This document shows, one piece after another, positions 1-9,194 of a stretch of DNA of 64,000 nt. Numbering within the stretch: the stretch's first letter is position 1; every line of letters starts with the position of its first letter. The notes under the pieces are model-generated. The model was not told the origin of the DNA and searched no databases. It saw nothing but the letters and a program-made list of their open reading frames with translations. Origin of the DNA: Eubacteriales bacterium (lineage in GTDB: Bacteria; Bacillota; Clostridia; Oscillospirales; CAG-272); the NCBI GenBank assembly GCA_045644805.1, contig JAZRHO010000079.1:19864-83863 (forward strand), read 5' to 3'. Made by a program: the position numbers and the translations under genes.

Positions 1-388
1 CCTTTGCCTCGGGGAAGAACATTGATGCCATACAAAGAGTGAAAAAGATACCAAACTGCGCTGCCGCTCCGAACAACATAAGCTTCGGATTATTGAGAAG
101 CGGTCCAAAATCTATCATAGCTCCAATACCTATGAAGAGAATAAGAGGAAACAGCTCGTTTGCAATACCTGCGTTATAAAGAGTTTCGAGCGGCTCTGCA
201 GCTCCGCTGCCGGGGAAGTTCATAATGATCGCTCCGAATCCTATGGGGAGAAGAAGAGTAGGCTCCATCTGCTTTTTTATTGCAAGATAAATGAGCACTC
301 CGCCGATGATCCACATTATGATCATTTTCCAGTTGCCATCCTCGCCAAAAGCGAGCAGGCCTTTAAAAAGACTTTTTAATGCGTCCAT
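1..388 (-). CDS. Na+-translocating decarboxylase beta subunit (OadB/GcdB/MmdB family); N-terminal part only, gene runs off the window start
   Basis: Manual translation from ATG at 388, with RBS GAAAGGA upstream: MDALKSLFKGLLAFGEDGNWKMIIMWIIGGVLIYLAIKKQMEPTLLLPIGFGAII...IGAMIDFGPLLNNPKLMLFGAAAQFGIF. The EP(L/T)LLLPIGFG and DFGPLL.NP..L.(L/F)GAAAQFGIF blocks match OadB-type subunits. Confidence 0.8.
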   Translation of the reverse strand, partial: MDALKSLFKGLLAFGEDGNWKMIIMWIIGGVLIYLAIKKQMEPTLLLPIGFGAIIMNFPGSGAAEPLETLYNAGIANELFPLILFIGIGAMIDFGPLLNNPKLMLFGAAAQFGIFFTLCMASMFFPEAK

Positions 389-536
389 GTTTTTTCCTTT
401 CTTCTTGGGGTATATTATATATATATCTTAAAACATTATATTAAAAAACGTACGCTTTGTCAAGAGATTTTCCGCAATTTGTTGCCAAAGTGTGTATAAA
501 TATAAAACCGATAAAAGATCGTTCGGGGAAGCTTAA

Positions 537-1040
537 TCAATAGCTGCTTATGGGAAGGTCGGTATTGTCCTCTCCCTTTTCTATATTAAGAATTTTTACG
601 TAATAGCTCATATTTTCATTCACACTGACCAGTACCCTATCGCCAACTCTTTTACCCATGACGGCAGCTCCCAAAGGCGACTCCTTGCTGACAAAGCCTA
701 AAAGTGCATTCTGGCGAAGAGTAGTAACGATCTGTATCTTTTTCTCAGCATTCATTTTTTCGTTAAATACGGTAACCGTGTCAAAAAGCGCAACCGTATC
801 GGTGGTATCTTCAATCTCTATTACCTTTGCAGTTCTTATCATCGCTTCAAGGTAACGTATACGGCTCTCGTTCTTTCTTTTGTCGCGTTTAGCTTCCTTA
901 TATTCGGCATTTTCCGAGAGGTCTCCGAATTCCCTGGTTCTTTGAAGCTCCGCCCCGAGCTTAGGGGCAAGAACGCTTCTTCGGTATTTTATCTCGTCTT
1001 CCATTTTTTCGATATCAACTTTTGTAAGCTCGTCGTACAT
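537..1040 (-). CDS. greA: transcription elongation factor GreA
   Basis: 167 aa. Coiled-coil N-terminus with the GDLSENAEYKEAK motif and a Gre C-terminal domain. RBS GAGG lies upstream of the ATG. Confidence 0.95.
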   Translation of the reverse strand: MYDELTKVDIEKMEDEIKYRRSVLAPKLGAELQRTREFGDLSENAEYKEAKRDKRKNESRIRYLEAMIRTAKVIEIEDTTDTVALFDTVTVFNEKMNAEKKIQIVTTLRQNALLGFVSKESPLGAAVMGKRVGDRVLVSVNENMSYYVKILNIEKGEDNTDLPISSY

Positions 1041-1068
1041 TTATAACCTCAATATCTTCAAAAATTTC

Positions 1069-1092
1069 GGATAGCCCGATATCGGGCTATCC
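1069..1092 (-). terminator. perfect 24-nt palindrome hairpin followed by GAAATTTTTG, inside the greA leader
   Basis: GGATAGCCCGAT/ATCGGGCTATCC is fully self-complementary. On the minus strand it is followed by a T-rich run, then the greA RBS and ATG 28 nt later. Confidence 0.7.
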
Positions 1093-1206
1093 TATCATAC
1101 CCATTTTTATTGATTACTTAAACCTATTTTTGCCTCAAGATCATATCTTGCTATAACTTGATCTGTAAGAGGTAGTAAGCAATGCGAATTAATGGCAGAA
1201 ATTTCA

Positions 1207-1698
1207 TTATGCAAGTCCCATATAGGGCATTTGAACTATAATCAAATGAATAAGAGCAACCAAAAATCCTAGCAGTGCGCCAGAAACAACTTGAATAGGC
1301 GTATGACCTATAAATTCTTTAAGCTTTTCTGTACGTATCTGTTCGTTTTCACCGAGAAACATACCGTTTATTATCTCAGCGAGCTTTTTGATTTGGGTTG
1401 CCTGCTTGCCGGCTTCCAGTCTTACGCCCGACGCATCGTGCATTACTATTATAGCTAAAATTCCGGAAATGGCAAAATAAATGCTTCCAAGTCCATAGCT
1501 CCACGCGCAAAGCACCGCAAGCGATACAACCGTTGCCGAATGCCCGCTGGACATACCGCCGTCACCGAAAAGGCGCTCAAGCTTGAATTCACGCGTTACT
1601 AGCAAATTAATAACCGCTTTCAATATTTGAGCTATAAGCCATGATATAACCGGAATCATTATCATTCGGTTAGTAAATAAATCAACTATCAAATTCAT
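1207..1698 (-). CDS. divergent PAP2 / acid-phosphatase-vanadium-haloperoxidase-related membrane protein (DUF212, YuiD-like)
   Basis: 163 aa with several TM helices. GGMSSGHSATV and HDASGVR motifs are typical of the divergent PAP2 family. Confidence 0.8.
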   Translation of the reverse strand: MNLIVDLFTNRMIMIPVISWLIAQILKAVINLLVTREFKLERLFGDGGMSSGHSATVVSLAVLCAWSYGLGSIYFAISGILAIIVMHDASGVRLEAGKQATQIKKLAEIINGMFLGENEQIRTEKLKEFIGHTPIQVVSGALLGFLVALIHLIIVQMPYMGLA

Positions 1699-1746
1699 AA
1701 AGTATGCTCCGTAATTATTGTGTTACAAGGTAAAGATGTACTGAAC

Positions 1747-3369
1747 TTATTCCTCAGGATTCTCTTCGCTTCCGGAGTCCGGATTTTCAGAACCGTCAGA
1801 TTCACCCGGTACTTCAGTAGAATCATCTCCGCCTATGTAATCGCTTAAATCATTGCTCGCGTAAATATCGTAATACTTACCCATAAACTCCGCGAATTCA
1901 AGATCGTCCATCTCGTCTCCGTCTCCAAAGTTCTCGATAACCTTATCCGTAAGAGAGGAAAGCTTCTCATCTGAGAGCGATATTCCGTTTTCTTCAAGAG
2001 TCGCACCGATATTTTCGGAAACCGCCGCTTTATATTCTTCCTCGGTTTCGTAATCGTCTTGCTTTATCTTTATAGCCGAATTAAGACCGTCTTTAACGCT
2101 TTGAAGCGTCTGGGCCGTATCGGAATCTGCTCCACCGGTATTTTTAATAAGAATATCCATGGCAAATGTTGAAAGCTTATCCGCAACACCGTAAAATCTT
2201 TCGTTTCTCTTAAGCTCATCGCTTATTAAGCTGACCGTAGACTTTCCGTTCTCGTCGGTTTTCAGAATCGCCGTGAACATATTTTCAGAAGCGTTACCTT
2301 CCATATTAACGACAGCGAGTGAGCCCGTATCGCTGAATATAAAGTAAACGTTTTTAGTAGTCACAAGATCATCATGAAGCGTCGTATAATCCTCTGTTTC
2401 GTACACAGATATGATTGATATAACCAATCCGTGGAGAGGCTCCTCCAGTCCTAAGACTATGTGACCGTTGTGTATACTGTAGAACACTGAACTAAGTGCG
2501 CCTGCTGTAATTTTTGCAAGGTACTCATCTTTTGTAAGTATCTCTATCATATCGCTGATAGCCGCCTTGTTATCTTCGGTAAGCGCAGTATAATCGAATT
2601 GACCAAGGTCACCTGAAACAACAAAAATCTCGTAAAGATCCGTAGCAACGGCAGTCATATTAACATCTACTCCGTCTACACGTACGGTGGTAAGAGCGTC
2701 ATAAACAAATCCAAACCGCTCATCAACAATCTTTATAACTATATTCGATTGCAAAGGAGCAAGATTAGTTTCATAGAAAGAAGAAATCGTAACCGAATTG
2801 ATTGATTCGGGACGCCTTGCCTTAACCTCTGAAACAACATCCGATCCCGTTCCTATCATTCCTGCAACAGGAAGCAGGATTACTGCCGCAACAAAAACTC
2901 CCTGTATAGCGCCTATAACTCCACCGAGAATTCTTGTTAAAAGAGTGTTGGCTCTTTTTATAAAGCCCATAGCACCGCAAAAAACGTAACCGGGAATCCA
3001 AAGCAAAACGCTTATTGATAAAAAGCAGAAAACAAAGCTTACCGGAAGAATAACGAGAGCCATCGGAACCGCCAGAAGATACGACGCAGCCTCGGCATTA
3101 ATATACGAAAGTATCGACGATATATTCTCGGGAAGTCCTATGCCGAACTTTAAAAGCAAGCCTTCTGCAGTCCTTCCCTTGGTTAAAGAAAAGAACAGCG
3201 GAAAGATTTTATTGAAAATCAGAAAAGCTCCGATAAATGACAAAAGCACAGTCGCGAGCCTTATAGTCTGACGGTTAAGACCTCTTATCATTCCGAGACA
3301 AAGACCTAAAAGCGTCGATGCGGCAACAATACCGTAGACCGCATAATTAATGATGTCGGAAAGTAACAT
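1747..3369 (-). CDS. CvpA-like multi-pass membrane protein with a long soluble C-terminal region and an acidic tail
   Basis: 540 aa. The N-terminal 170 aa have 4-5 TM helices resembling CvpA (colicin V production) proteins. The C-terminus is D/E/S/G-rich. Family assignment is from memory only. Confidence 0.55.
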   Translation of the reverse strand: MLLSDIINYAVYGIVAASTLLGLCLGMIRGLNRQTIRLATVLLSFIGAFLIFNKIFPLFFSLTKGRTAEGLLLKFGIGLPENISSILSYINAEAASYLLAVPMALVILPVSFVFCFLSISVLLWIPGYVFCGAMGFIKRANTLLTRILGGVIGAIQGVFVAAVILLPVAGMIGTGSDVVSEVKARRPESINSVTISSFYETNLAPLQSNIVIKIVDERFGFVYDALTTVRVDGVDVNMTAVATDLYEIFVVSGDLGQFDYTALTEDNKAAISDMIEILTKDEYLAKITAGALSSVFYSIHNGHIVLGLEEPLHGLVISIISVYETEDYTTLHDDLVTTKNVYFIFSDTGSLAVVNMEGNASENMFTAILKTDENGKSTVSLISDELKRNERFYGVADKLSTFAMDILIKNTGGADSDTAQTLQSVKDGLNSAIKIKQDDYETEEEYKAAVSENIGATLEENGISLSDEKLSSLTDKVIENFGDGDEMDDLEFAEFMGKYYDIYASNDLSDYIGGDDSTEVPGESDGSENPDSGSEENPEE

Positions 3370-3400
3370 AAAATATACTCCTCACACAAATCGGGAAATA

Positions 3401-3946
3401 TCAAACAAATTCGGGCTTAAGAGCCGCAGCCTTCAAAACGGCTATCTGAGTTTTAGCGTCGCTGATCTCACCATTCATTACCATCTTGTAAAGGTCTGAA
3501 AGCAGAACGTATTCTATATTCAAAAATTCGTCATCATCAAGCTCACGTTCTGTAAATGTAAGCTCCTCCGCCATATACAAATGTATTTTTTCGTCTATGA
3601 GAGCCGGAGACGTATCAATAGCACCGAGATATGTCATTTTTCCTGGGATAGCTCCTGTTTCTTCACGAAGCTCACGCTTAGCGGCAGATATAAGGTCCTC
3701 TCCTTTGAAATCAAGCTTTCCCGCAGGTATTTCAAAAAATATTCTTCCGTGCGGATATCTGAACTGACGCTCCATTATAACATGCCCGTCTTGGGTAATA
3801 GGAATTATACAAACAGCACCTACATGAAGACAAAACTCTCTTACCGTCAACTCGCCGTTTGGCAAAACAACCTCGTCGCAAACAACCGAAAGCACCTTAC
3901 CATTATATATTTTCTTGCGCGTTAGCATTTTTTCTAAAAGCTCCAT
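3401..3946 (-). CDS. NUDIX hydrolase (ADP-ribose pyrophosphatase-like)
   Basis: Nudix box GKLDFKGEDLISAAKRELREETG. Start moved to the ATG at 3946 because of the strong RBS AAGGGAGGT 7 nt upstream; the track ORF starts at 3976. Confidence 0.85.
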   Translation of the reverse strand: MELLEKMLTRKKIYNGKVLSVVCDEVVLPNGELTVREFCLHVGAVCIIPITQDGHVIMERQFRYPHGRIFFEIPAGKLDFKGEDLISAAKRELREETGAIPGKMTYLGAIDTSPALIDEKIHLYMAEELTFTERELDDDEFLNIEYVLLSDLYKMVMNGEISDAKTQIAVLKAAALKPEFV

Positions 3947-4156
3947 GGTAAGTACCTCCCTTATATATTTACGCACCCACGTTGCGCATTAAAAATAAAA
4001 TATTATTAGTTTATTTTAACATTATTTTATCTCCGTGTCAAGTACAAGATATAAACAATGGCAAAAAAGTGAAGGTTAAAGTCAAATTAAGCGTTGAAAT
4101 GAAGTGATAAATGTGATAGAATAAAGACAAATCAATGACATGAAAGGATTTAAAAA

Positions 4157-5125
4157 ATGAAGCTCAGCGTTCTCACAAATCTTTTTGGCGATCTTACACT
4201 CGAGGAGGCACTCGTAAAATTTCAAAAGCTCGGTATTGAAGCGGTTGAAATAGGATGCGGCGGATATCCCGGTAAGGCTCATTGCAACCCAGAACTTCTG
4301 CTTTCTGACAATGCGGCTCTTGAAAAGTGGAAGGACACCATAAAAAAATACGGTATGGAGGTTTGTGCGCTTTCCGTTCACGGAAACCCCGTGCATCCTA
4401 ACAAGGAAATTGCTGATTCCTATCATAAAGACTTTACGAATGCAGTTCTTCTTGCGGAAAAACTTGGAATTGACACGGTAATAACCTTCTCAGGCTGCCC
4501 CGGCGGATCGGCAGAGGATAAAACTCCAAACTGGGCTACCTGCGCATGGCCTGATGATTTTCTCGCTGTTCTTGACTACCAATGGAATGACGTCCTTATT
4601 CCGTATTGGAAAAAGACAGCAGAGTTTGCCAAGTCACATGGCGTGTCAAAAATCGCATTCGAAATGCATCCCGGATTTTGTGTTTACAATCCCGAAACGC
4701 TTCTTAAGCTGCGAGCTGCCGTAGGCGACGTTATAGGCGCTAACTTCGATCCCTCACACTTAATATGGCAAGGCATTGATCCCGTGGCAGCTATAAGAGT
4801 TCTCGAGGGGGCTATCTATCACTTCCACGCCAAGGACACCAAAATTGATAAGTACAACACTGCAAAATTCGGTGTTCTCGACACAAAACACTATAGCGAC
4901 GAGATGCATCGCTCATGGATATTCCGCAGCGTAGGATACGGAAACGGACTCGACTATTGGAGAGATATGATTTCCAACCTTCGTCTCGTAGGATATGACA
5001 AGGTTATGTCTATTGAGCACGAAGACAGTCTTATGACTCCTGACGAGGGTCTTAAGCATGCTGTTGAATTCCTTAAAGAATCGATTATCAGAGAGCCGAA
5101 ACCCGGCAAAATGTCTTGGGTATGA
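4157..5125 (+). CDS. sugar phosphate isomerase/epimerase (xylose-isomerase-like TIM barrel)
   Basis: 322 aa. AP-endonuclease-2 / xylose-isomerase-like barrel pattern (EIGCGGYPG, FEMHPG, SIEHED). RBS AAAGGA. Confidence 0.8.
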   Translation: MKLSVLTNLFGDLTLEEALVKFQKLGIEAVEIGCGGYPGKAHCNPELLLSDNAALEKWKDTIKKYGMEVCALSVHGNPVHPNKEIADSYHKDFTNAVLLAEKLGIDTVITFSGCPGGSAEDKTPNWATCAWPDDFLAVLDYQWNDVLIPYWKKTAEFAKSHGVSKIAFEMHPGFCVYNPETLLKLRAAVGDVIGANFDPSHLIWQGIDPVAAIRVLEGAIYHFHAKDTKIDKYNTAKFGVLDTKHYSDEMHRSWIFRSVGYGNGLDYWRDMISNLRLVGYDKVMSIEHEDSLMTPDEGLKHAVEFLKESIIREPKPGKMSWV

Positions 5126-5235
5126 CAAAGCTTTTCACATATTATTTCTTGCATATTGACTATAATTGTTTACATAATTAAGTTTACACAAATTGTAAAG
5201 GCATTTCGTGTAATCCAAAATTCAAAACACTAAAA

Positions 5236-5285
5236 ACAAAAATAGAGAACTTTACAGCAAAAACTGTTCTGTTCTCTATTTTTAT
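5236..5285. terminator. bidirectional intrinsic terminator between convergent genes
   Basis: AATAGAGAAC (5241-5250) pairs with GTTCTCTATT (5271-5280), with an inner ACAG/CTGT pairing. An A-run lies upstream and a T-run downstream. Confidence 0.75.
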
Positions 5286-5356
5286 ATAATTAATCTATCG
5301 AATTGGATTTATAATATTTTATGAAAGACGCATCATATCCGTCATCACCGTTATTG

Positions 5357-6385
5357 TCAAAATTCATCTACAAAATAAGCGCGCGTATGCGCTGCGTTTC
5401 CGTGCGAATCCTTAACACTGATACGGATATAGCAATTGTGACCTTCAGGTGCTTTTTTTGAATCCTCAATAAAACCGTTAAGATCAAACAATGCTTCAGT
5501 TACTCCGCCAGCGTCTTCGGAAGCTTTTACTTTCATTGTCACCCTTCGGTCGGTTGTCAAGAGAATAGTATCGGCAGCCGAGGTTTTCACATGCAAAACT
5601 CCGTCCTCTATGTAAAGCTCGTTAATCTGAGGACCTGTAGATGAATAAAAATCACCACGCCTAAGCGCCTCAAAAACAGTTACATATTCAAGAGCCTCCG
5701 CTTTAACCCAAAGCCATCCTCCAAAGAAGTCTTTGGGCCTATGGCAATCATCGGATGCTATCGGATATACCATACGCTCGCCCTCTGAGAGAAGATCGGT
5801 TATTGGCTGAAGAGTATCAACGTATCCCATATTTACGCAGGCCGTATTATGCCACTCAACTCCCCATAAGCCTCTGAGCCCTGTGTAATCCTCATAATTT
5901 TGCAAAGACCAAACCGGATGATTCAAAGATACGAGGAAGCCCTCCTCCTTTGCCGTATCTATTATCCACTGGATATGCTCTTTTGTGTAGGAACGCTTTT
6001 CAACTGCAACCGCACGCATTTCATCCGTTATGCGTTCCCTTACATTCTGGAGCCATATGGTTTTTTCACAGAACGTTTTAGTTACGTATTTATCCGCCAA
6101 AGGAGAATACAAATTCAAATGATACGTCTTTTCATAAGGAAATCCTGCAGGGTTAGGCTTATTGACCGCGACTTCATATGCCGTTATAGGAAGAAACTCC
6201 TCATCCGCAAGCTCCTTGTGAGGTAAAACTATTTCATGATCTGTATATGCAACTATAGAATATCCATTTGCCTTATAAGCCTCTTTTACCTCCTCCGGAG
6301 TTACTTTTCCGTCAGAAACGGTGGTATGCGCGTGCATATTTGCTTTATAAAAGTTTCCCTCGTTTGGTATAAGATATTTTTTCAT
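5357..6385 (-). CDS. PHP-domain phosphoesterase
   Basis: 342 aa. The N-terminal MHAHTTVSDG ... YTDHE metal-binding His motifs match the PHP superfamily. Confidence 0.75.
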   Translation of the reverse strand: MKKYLIPNEGNFYKANMHAHTTVSDGKVTPEEVKEAYKANGYSIVAYTDHEIVLPHKELADEEFLPITAYEVAVNKPNPAGFPYEKTYHLNLYSPLADKYVTKTFCEKTIWLQNVRERITDEMRAVAVEKRSYTKEHIQWIIDTAKEEGFLVSLNHPVWSLQNYEDYTGLRGLWGVEWHNTACVNMGYVDTLQPITDLLSEGERMVYPIASDDCHRPKDFFGGWLWVKAEALEYVTVFEALRRGDFYSSTGPQINELYIEDGVLHVKTSAADTILLTTDRRVTMKVKASEDAGGVTEALFDLNGFIEDSKKAPEGHNCYIRISVKDSHGNAAHTRAYFVDEF

Positions 6386-6882
6386 AACCTATTTCCTTTC
6401 TGAAATGCTATTCGTTCGTCTCCGTTTGAAAGATATATTATTCCGCACTTTTCAAATCCATATTTTAAAAGTGCCTTTTGCATGGGAATGTTAGAAGCAT
6501 GAGTATCTATTTTTACGTTTCCGCATATTTTGTAAGCATAGTCAAAGCAAGCTCGCGCAACACCTTTTCCGCGCGCATTCTTTGAGACGGCAATTCTGTG
6601 AATTACACCGTACGGAAGACTGTTTTTCCACCCACCGTTGTAAATACTTAAATAAGTGGGATCATCACCGGAGCGATAATAAAAAACTCCCATAATTTCT
6701 CCGTCTTCGCCCTCGCATACATAAAGATTGCCATTTTCAATATCGGAAATCAGCAAATCACGACACGGATACCCATCTTTCCACTGATTCGGATTTCCTG
6801 ATGCACGCATAAACTCTCTTGCGTCAGCATATACAGAGTCTATCACATCAAGCTCTTCTCTTTTCGCTATACGAATTTTCAA
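6382..6882 (-). CDS. GNAT family N-acetyltransferase
   Basis: 166 aa. Acetyl-CoA-binding segment RIAVSKNARGKGVARA (R/Q-x-x-G-x-G/A). Its stop overlaps the PHP gene start by 4 nt. Confidence 0.85.
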   Translation of the reverse strand: MKIRIAKREELDVIDSVYADAREFMRASGNPNQWKDGYPCRDLLISDIENGNLYVCEGEDGEIMGVFYYRSGDDPTYLSIYNGGWKNSLPYGVIHRIAVSKNARGKGVARACFDYAYKICGNVKIDTHASNIPMQKALLKYGFEKCGIIYLSNGDERIAFQKGNRL

Positions 6883-7027
6883 ATCAAAATACCTCCGTTT
6901 TGTTTGTTTTTATTTTACTACAAGCAAAAATAATTGTCAATAGAAAAGAAAAATAAAACCCAGGATAAGAGAATAAAATCTCAAATCTCGGCGTTTTTAC
7001 ATTGTTTTGTAAATAATTATTAACTAT

Positions 7028-8725
7028 TTAGTCGATAGTTGTATCAAGTTTAAATCTCTGAATCTTACGAAGCGTATTTTTGGGAAATTCTTCGTCTCTT
7101 ACCTTGAGAACAGTGATCTTTTTATAAGGAACTGCTGTCTTGTTATATTCATCAATATATCCCTGAAGATATTTTCTAACGTCTGTGATACCGTTCTTTT
7201 CCATAAAGTCCTTATCAGTAAATACTTCGGCAACGATAGCATTATGCTCCATTCCGCGACGGCTCTGACCTTCATATACTATAATATCAAGAAGACCGGG
7301 AGTTGCAAGAAGATCGTTTTCTATTTCTTCCGGATATACGTTTTTACCATTGGAAAGAATTATAAGATTCTTCTTTCTTCCCGTAATATAGAGTACACCG
7401 TTCTTGTCAAGCTTACCGTAATCACCGGTTTTGAAGTAACGGTCAGGTGTAAGCGCATCTTTTGTTGCTTCTTCGTTCTTATAATAACCCATCATTACGT
7501 TAGGACCGGTTACCCAGATTTCACCTTCGCCGTCCTCATTGGGAGAGTCAATTATGACCTTATCAACATCAATCAGATTTCCAACGCTTCCCTTAACTAC
7601 GTTTTTGCTTCTGTTTACCGCAACCAAGGGTGCGCACTCGGTAATACCGTAACCGTTGAGGGTTGAGATACCGATAGATTCATAGAATTTAATTATATCG
7701 CCATTTATAGGAGCTCCACCGGAAATAATCATCTTGACATTTCCGCCGAATGCAGCCGTAATAGACTTAAAGAGCTTCCCACGAAGGTCAATACCGATTT
7801 TTCTCAAAGCATTGCTGACCTTTATCATGATCTTAACGAGAGTTTCCTTCTTCTGATCTTTAATGTTAGCCCATATCTTGCGGTAGAATGTTTCAAGATA
7901 AAGCGGAACAAGAACAAGATGTCCCGGCTTTTCATCCTTAAGCTCCTTTTGAATGTAACGGAGTCCGGATGATATATAAACCTCACAACCGATAATTACG
8001 TGACCGACAAGCATAATCGTAGAACCATACGTATGATGAGGAGGCAGAACGCTTATTGTTTTATCGGCAAAGTCTATATAAGGAATGATAGGTGTGATAT
8101 CGGAAAGGATAGCATACTGATTATGCATAACGCCCTTTCCTTCTCCCGTAGTTCCCGAGGTGAACACGAGAAGCGCAAGTCTCTTATTATCTATTTCAGA
8201 TTTGAAATAAAGCGAGACGTCTTCCTCAAACTTAGCTTTACCTGCCTCAATGATTTTATCAAGGTCGCTAGAGTTTCCTCTGCCGCGAAGAACGACATAA
8301 GGCGCCTCAAGCTCTATTTCGGAACAAATAGCATCAGCCTTCTCTTTAACATCGTCATCAATAAAGAGAAAGCTTGCATCGGCTCTCTTTGAGGTTTTTG
8401 CAAGCTCATTTGCCGACCAATCTCTATCAAGAGGAACGAGAACGCCACCCGCTGCAAGAACACTATAATAAAGAAGTGCGAATTCGTAAGACATTTTACC
8501 TACAACTACGCAATTCTTTCCGTCAACACCCATAGAGCGAAGCTCTGTTGTAAGAGCGCGAACATCATCGCGGAAGGCTGAAAACGATACCTTATCTACT
8601 TCATTTCTGTTTTTGAAGGAACGGTAAGAAAAAATATTTCTTTCCTTATATTCTTCTCCTGCCCATTCGATAAGCTCACGTATGTCAGTAAAATCTCTTC
8701 TTTCATGCAATATTTGATTTTTCAT
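7028..8725 (-). CDS. AMP-dependent acyl-CoA synthetase/ligase (long-chain fatty-acid-CoA ligase-like)
   Basis: 565 aa. AMP-binding signature TSGTTGEGKGVM, a YGITE motif and GDYGKLDKNGVLYITGRKK. Confidence 0.9.
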   Translation of the reverse strand: MKNQILHERRDFTDIRELIEWAGEEYKERNIFSYRSFKNRNEVDKVSFSAFRDDVRALTTELRSMGVDGKNCVVVGKMSYEFALLYYSVLAAGGVLVPLDRDWSANELAKTSKRADASFLFIDDDVKEKADAICSEIELEAPYVVLRGRGNSSDLDKIIEAGKAKFEEDVSLYFKSEIDNKRLALLVFTSGTTGEGKGVMHNQYAILSDITPIIPYIDFADKTISVLPPHHTYGSTIMLVGHVIIGCEVYISSGLRYIQKELKDEKPGHLVLVPLYLETFYRKIWANIKDQKKETLVKIMIKVSNALRKIGIDLRGKLFKSITAAFGGNVKMIISGGAPINGDIIKFYESIGISTLNGYGITECAPLVAVNRSKNVVKGSVGNLIDVDKVIIDSPNEDGEGEIWVTGPNVMMGYYKNEEATKDALTPDRYFKTGDYGKLDKNGVLYITGRKKNLIILSNGKNVYPEEIENDLLATPGLLDIIVYEGQSRRGMEHNAIVAEVFTDKDFMEKNGITDVRKYLQGYIDEYNKTAVPYKKITVLKVRDEEFPKNTLRKIQRFKLDTTID

Positions 8726-8763
8726 AATACACGTCTCCGATATTTTCTACATTATTAATGCAC

Positions 8764-8783
8764 GATGTTGAATTGTCAACATC
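8764..8783. promoter_or_regulatory. palindromic operator candidate GATGTTGA-ATTG-TCAACATC in the early transcribed region of the acyl-CoA ligase gene
   Basis: Perfect 8-bp arms with a 4-bp spacer. It lies about +7 to +27 relative to the inferred TSS of the promoter at 8797-8825. Confidence 0.5.
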
Positions 8784-8796
8784 ATACATTTTATAT

Positions 8797-8825
8797 ATTA
8801 TATCACAAAAAATAAGCAAAGTCAA
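8797..8825 (-). promoter_or_regulatory. sigma-A-type promoter of the acyl-CoA ligase gene
   Basis: Minus strand reads TTGACT (8825-8820), a 17-nt spacer, then TGaTATAAT (extended -10; hexamer 8802-8797). Confidence 0.6.
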
Positions 8826-8993
8826 GTTTTTCCATATTTTTGTGAAATTTATGTTAATCTGTTCAAAAAGATTATTCAAACTATTTTTTTAATCGCACCA
8901 TCATGGTATAAATCTTTGTTTTATACCATTTTTCTGGCATTTTTACAGTGAAGTACCACATAATGTTATAACAGACGTTACATAATGGCTTTC

Positions 8994-9097
8994 ACAACAA
9001 AGCGAAATTTCAAAATTTTATCTTTTGTGACTGACTGTAACAACGAGCGAAGATAAAGCCTCAGCATTTTCATTATATCTCAATTTCGCTTTGTTGT
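8994..9097. repeat. perfect 16-bp inverted repeat enclosing 72 nt (long-stem element)
   Basis: ACAACAAAGCGAAATT (8994-9009) and AATTTCGCTTTGTTGT (9082-9097) are exact reverse complements. A nested TTATCTT/AAGATAA pairing lies inside. Confidence 0.6.
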
Positions 9098-9194
9098 CAA
9101 TAGAAGAGGTAACAAAACAAAAGGCATTTGCATAACATGTTTTGTGACGAAGAAATACAACAAAAAATCAAATCACTACAAAAACGGAGTTTTT

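Noticed and set aside
4082-4426. A 114-aa minus-strand ORF overlapping the start of the sugar-phosphate isomerase gene.
   Set aside because: It overlaps a well-supported plus-strand gene and its promoter region. It has no RBS and no recognisable motif.
8790-8932. Possible plus-strand sRNA: a promoter-like TTGTCA-17-TATTAT (8774-8802), followed about 100 nt later by the hairpin GGTATAAA-tctttgt-TTTATACC and ATTTTT (8904-8932).
   Set aside because: The promoter-like hexamers are the mirror image of the much better minus-strand promoter of the ligase gene in very AT-rich DNA. The hairpin is AT-only. There is no independent support, so it was not reported as a feature.
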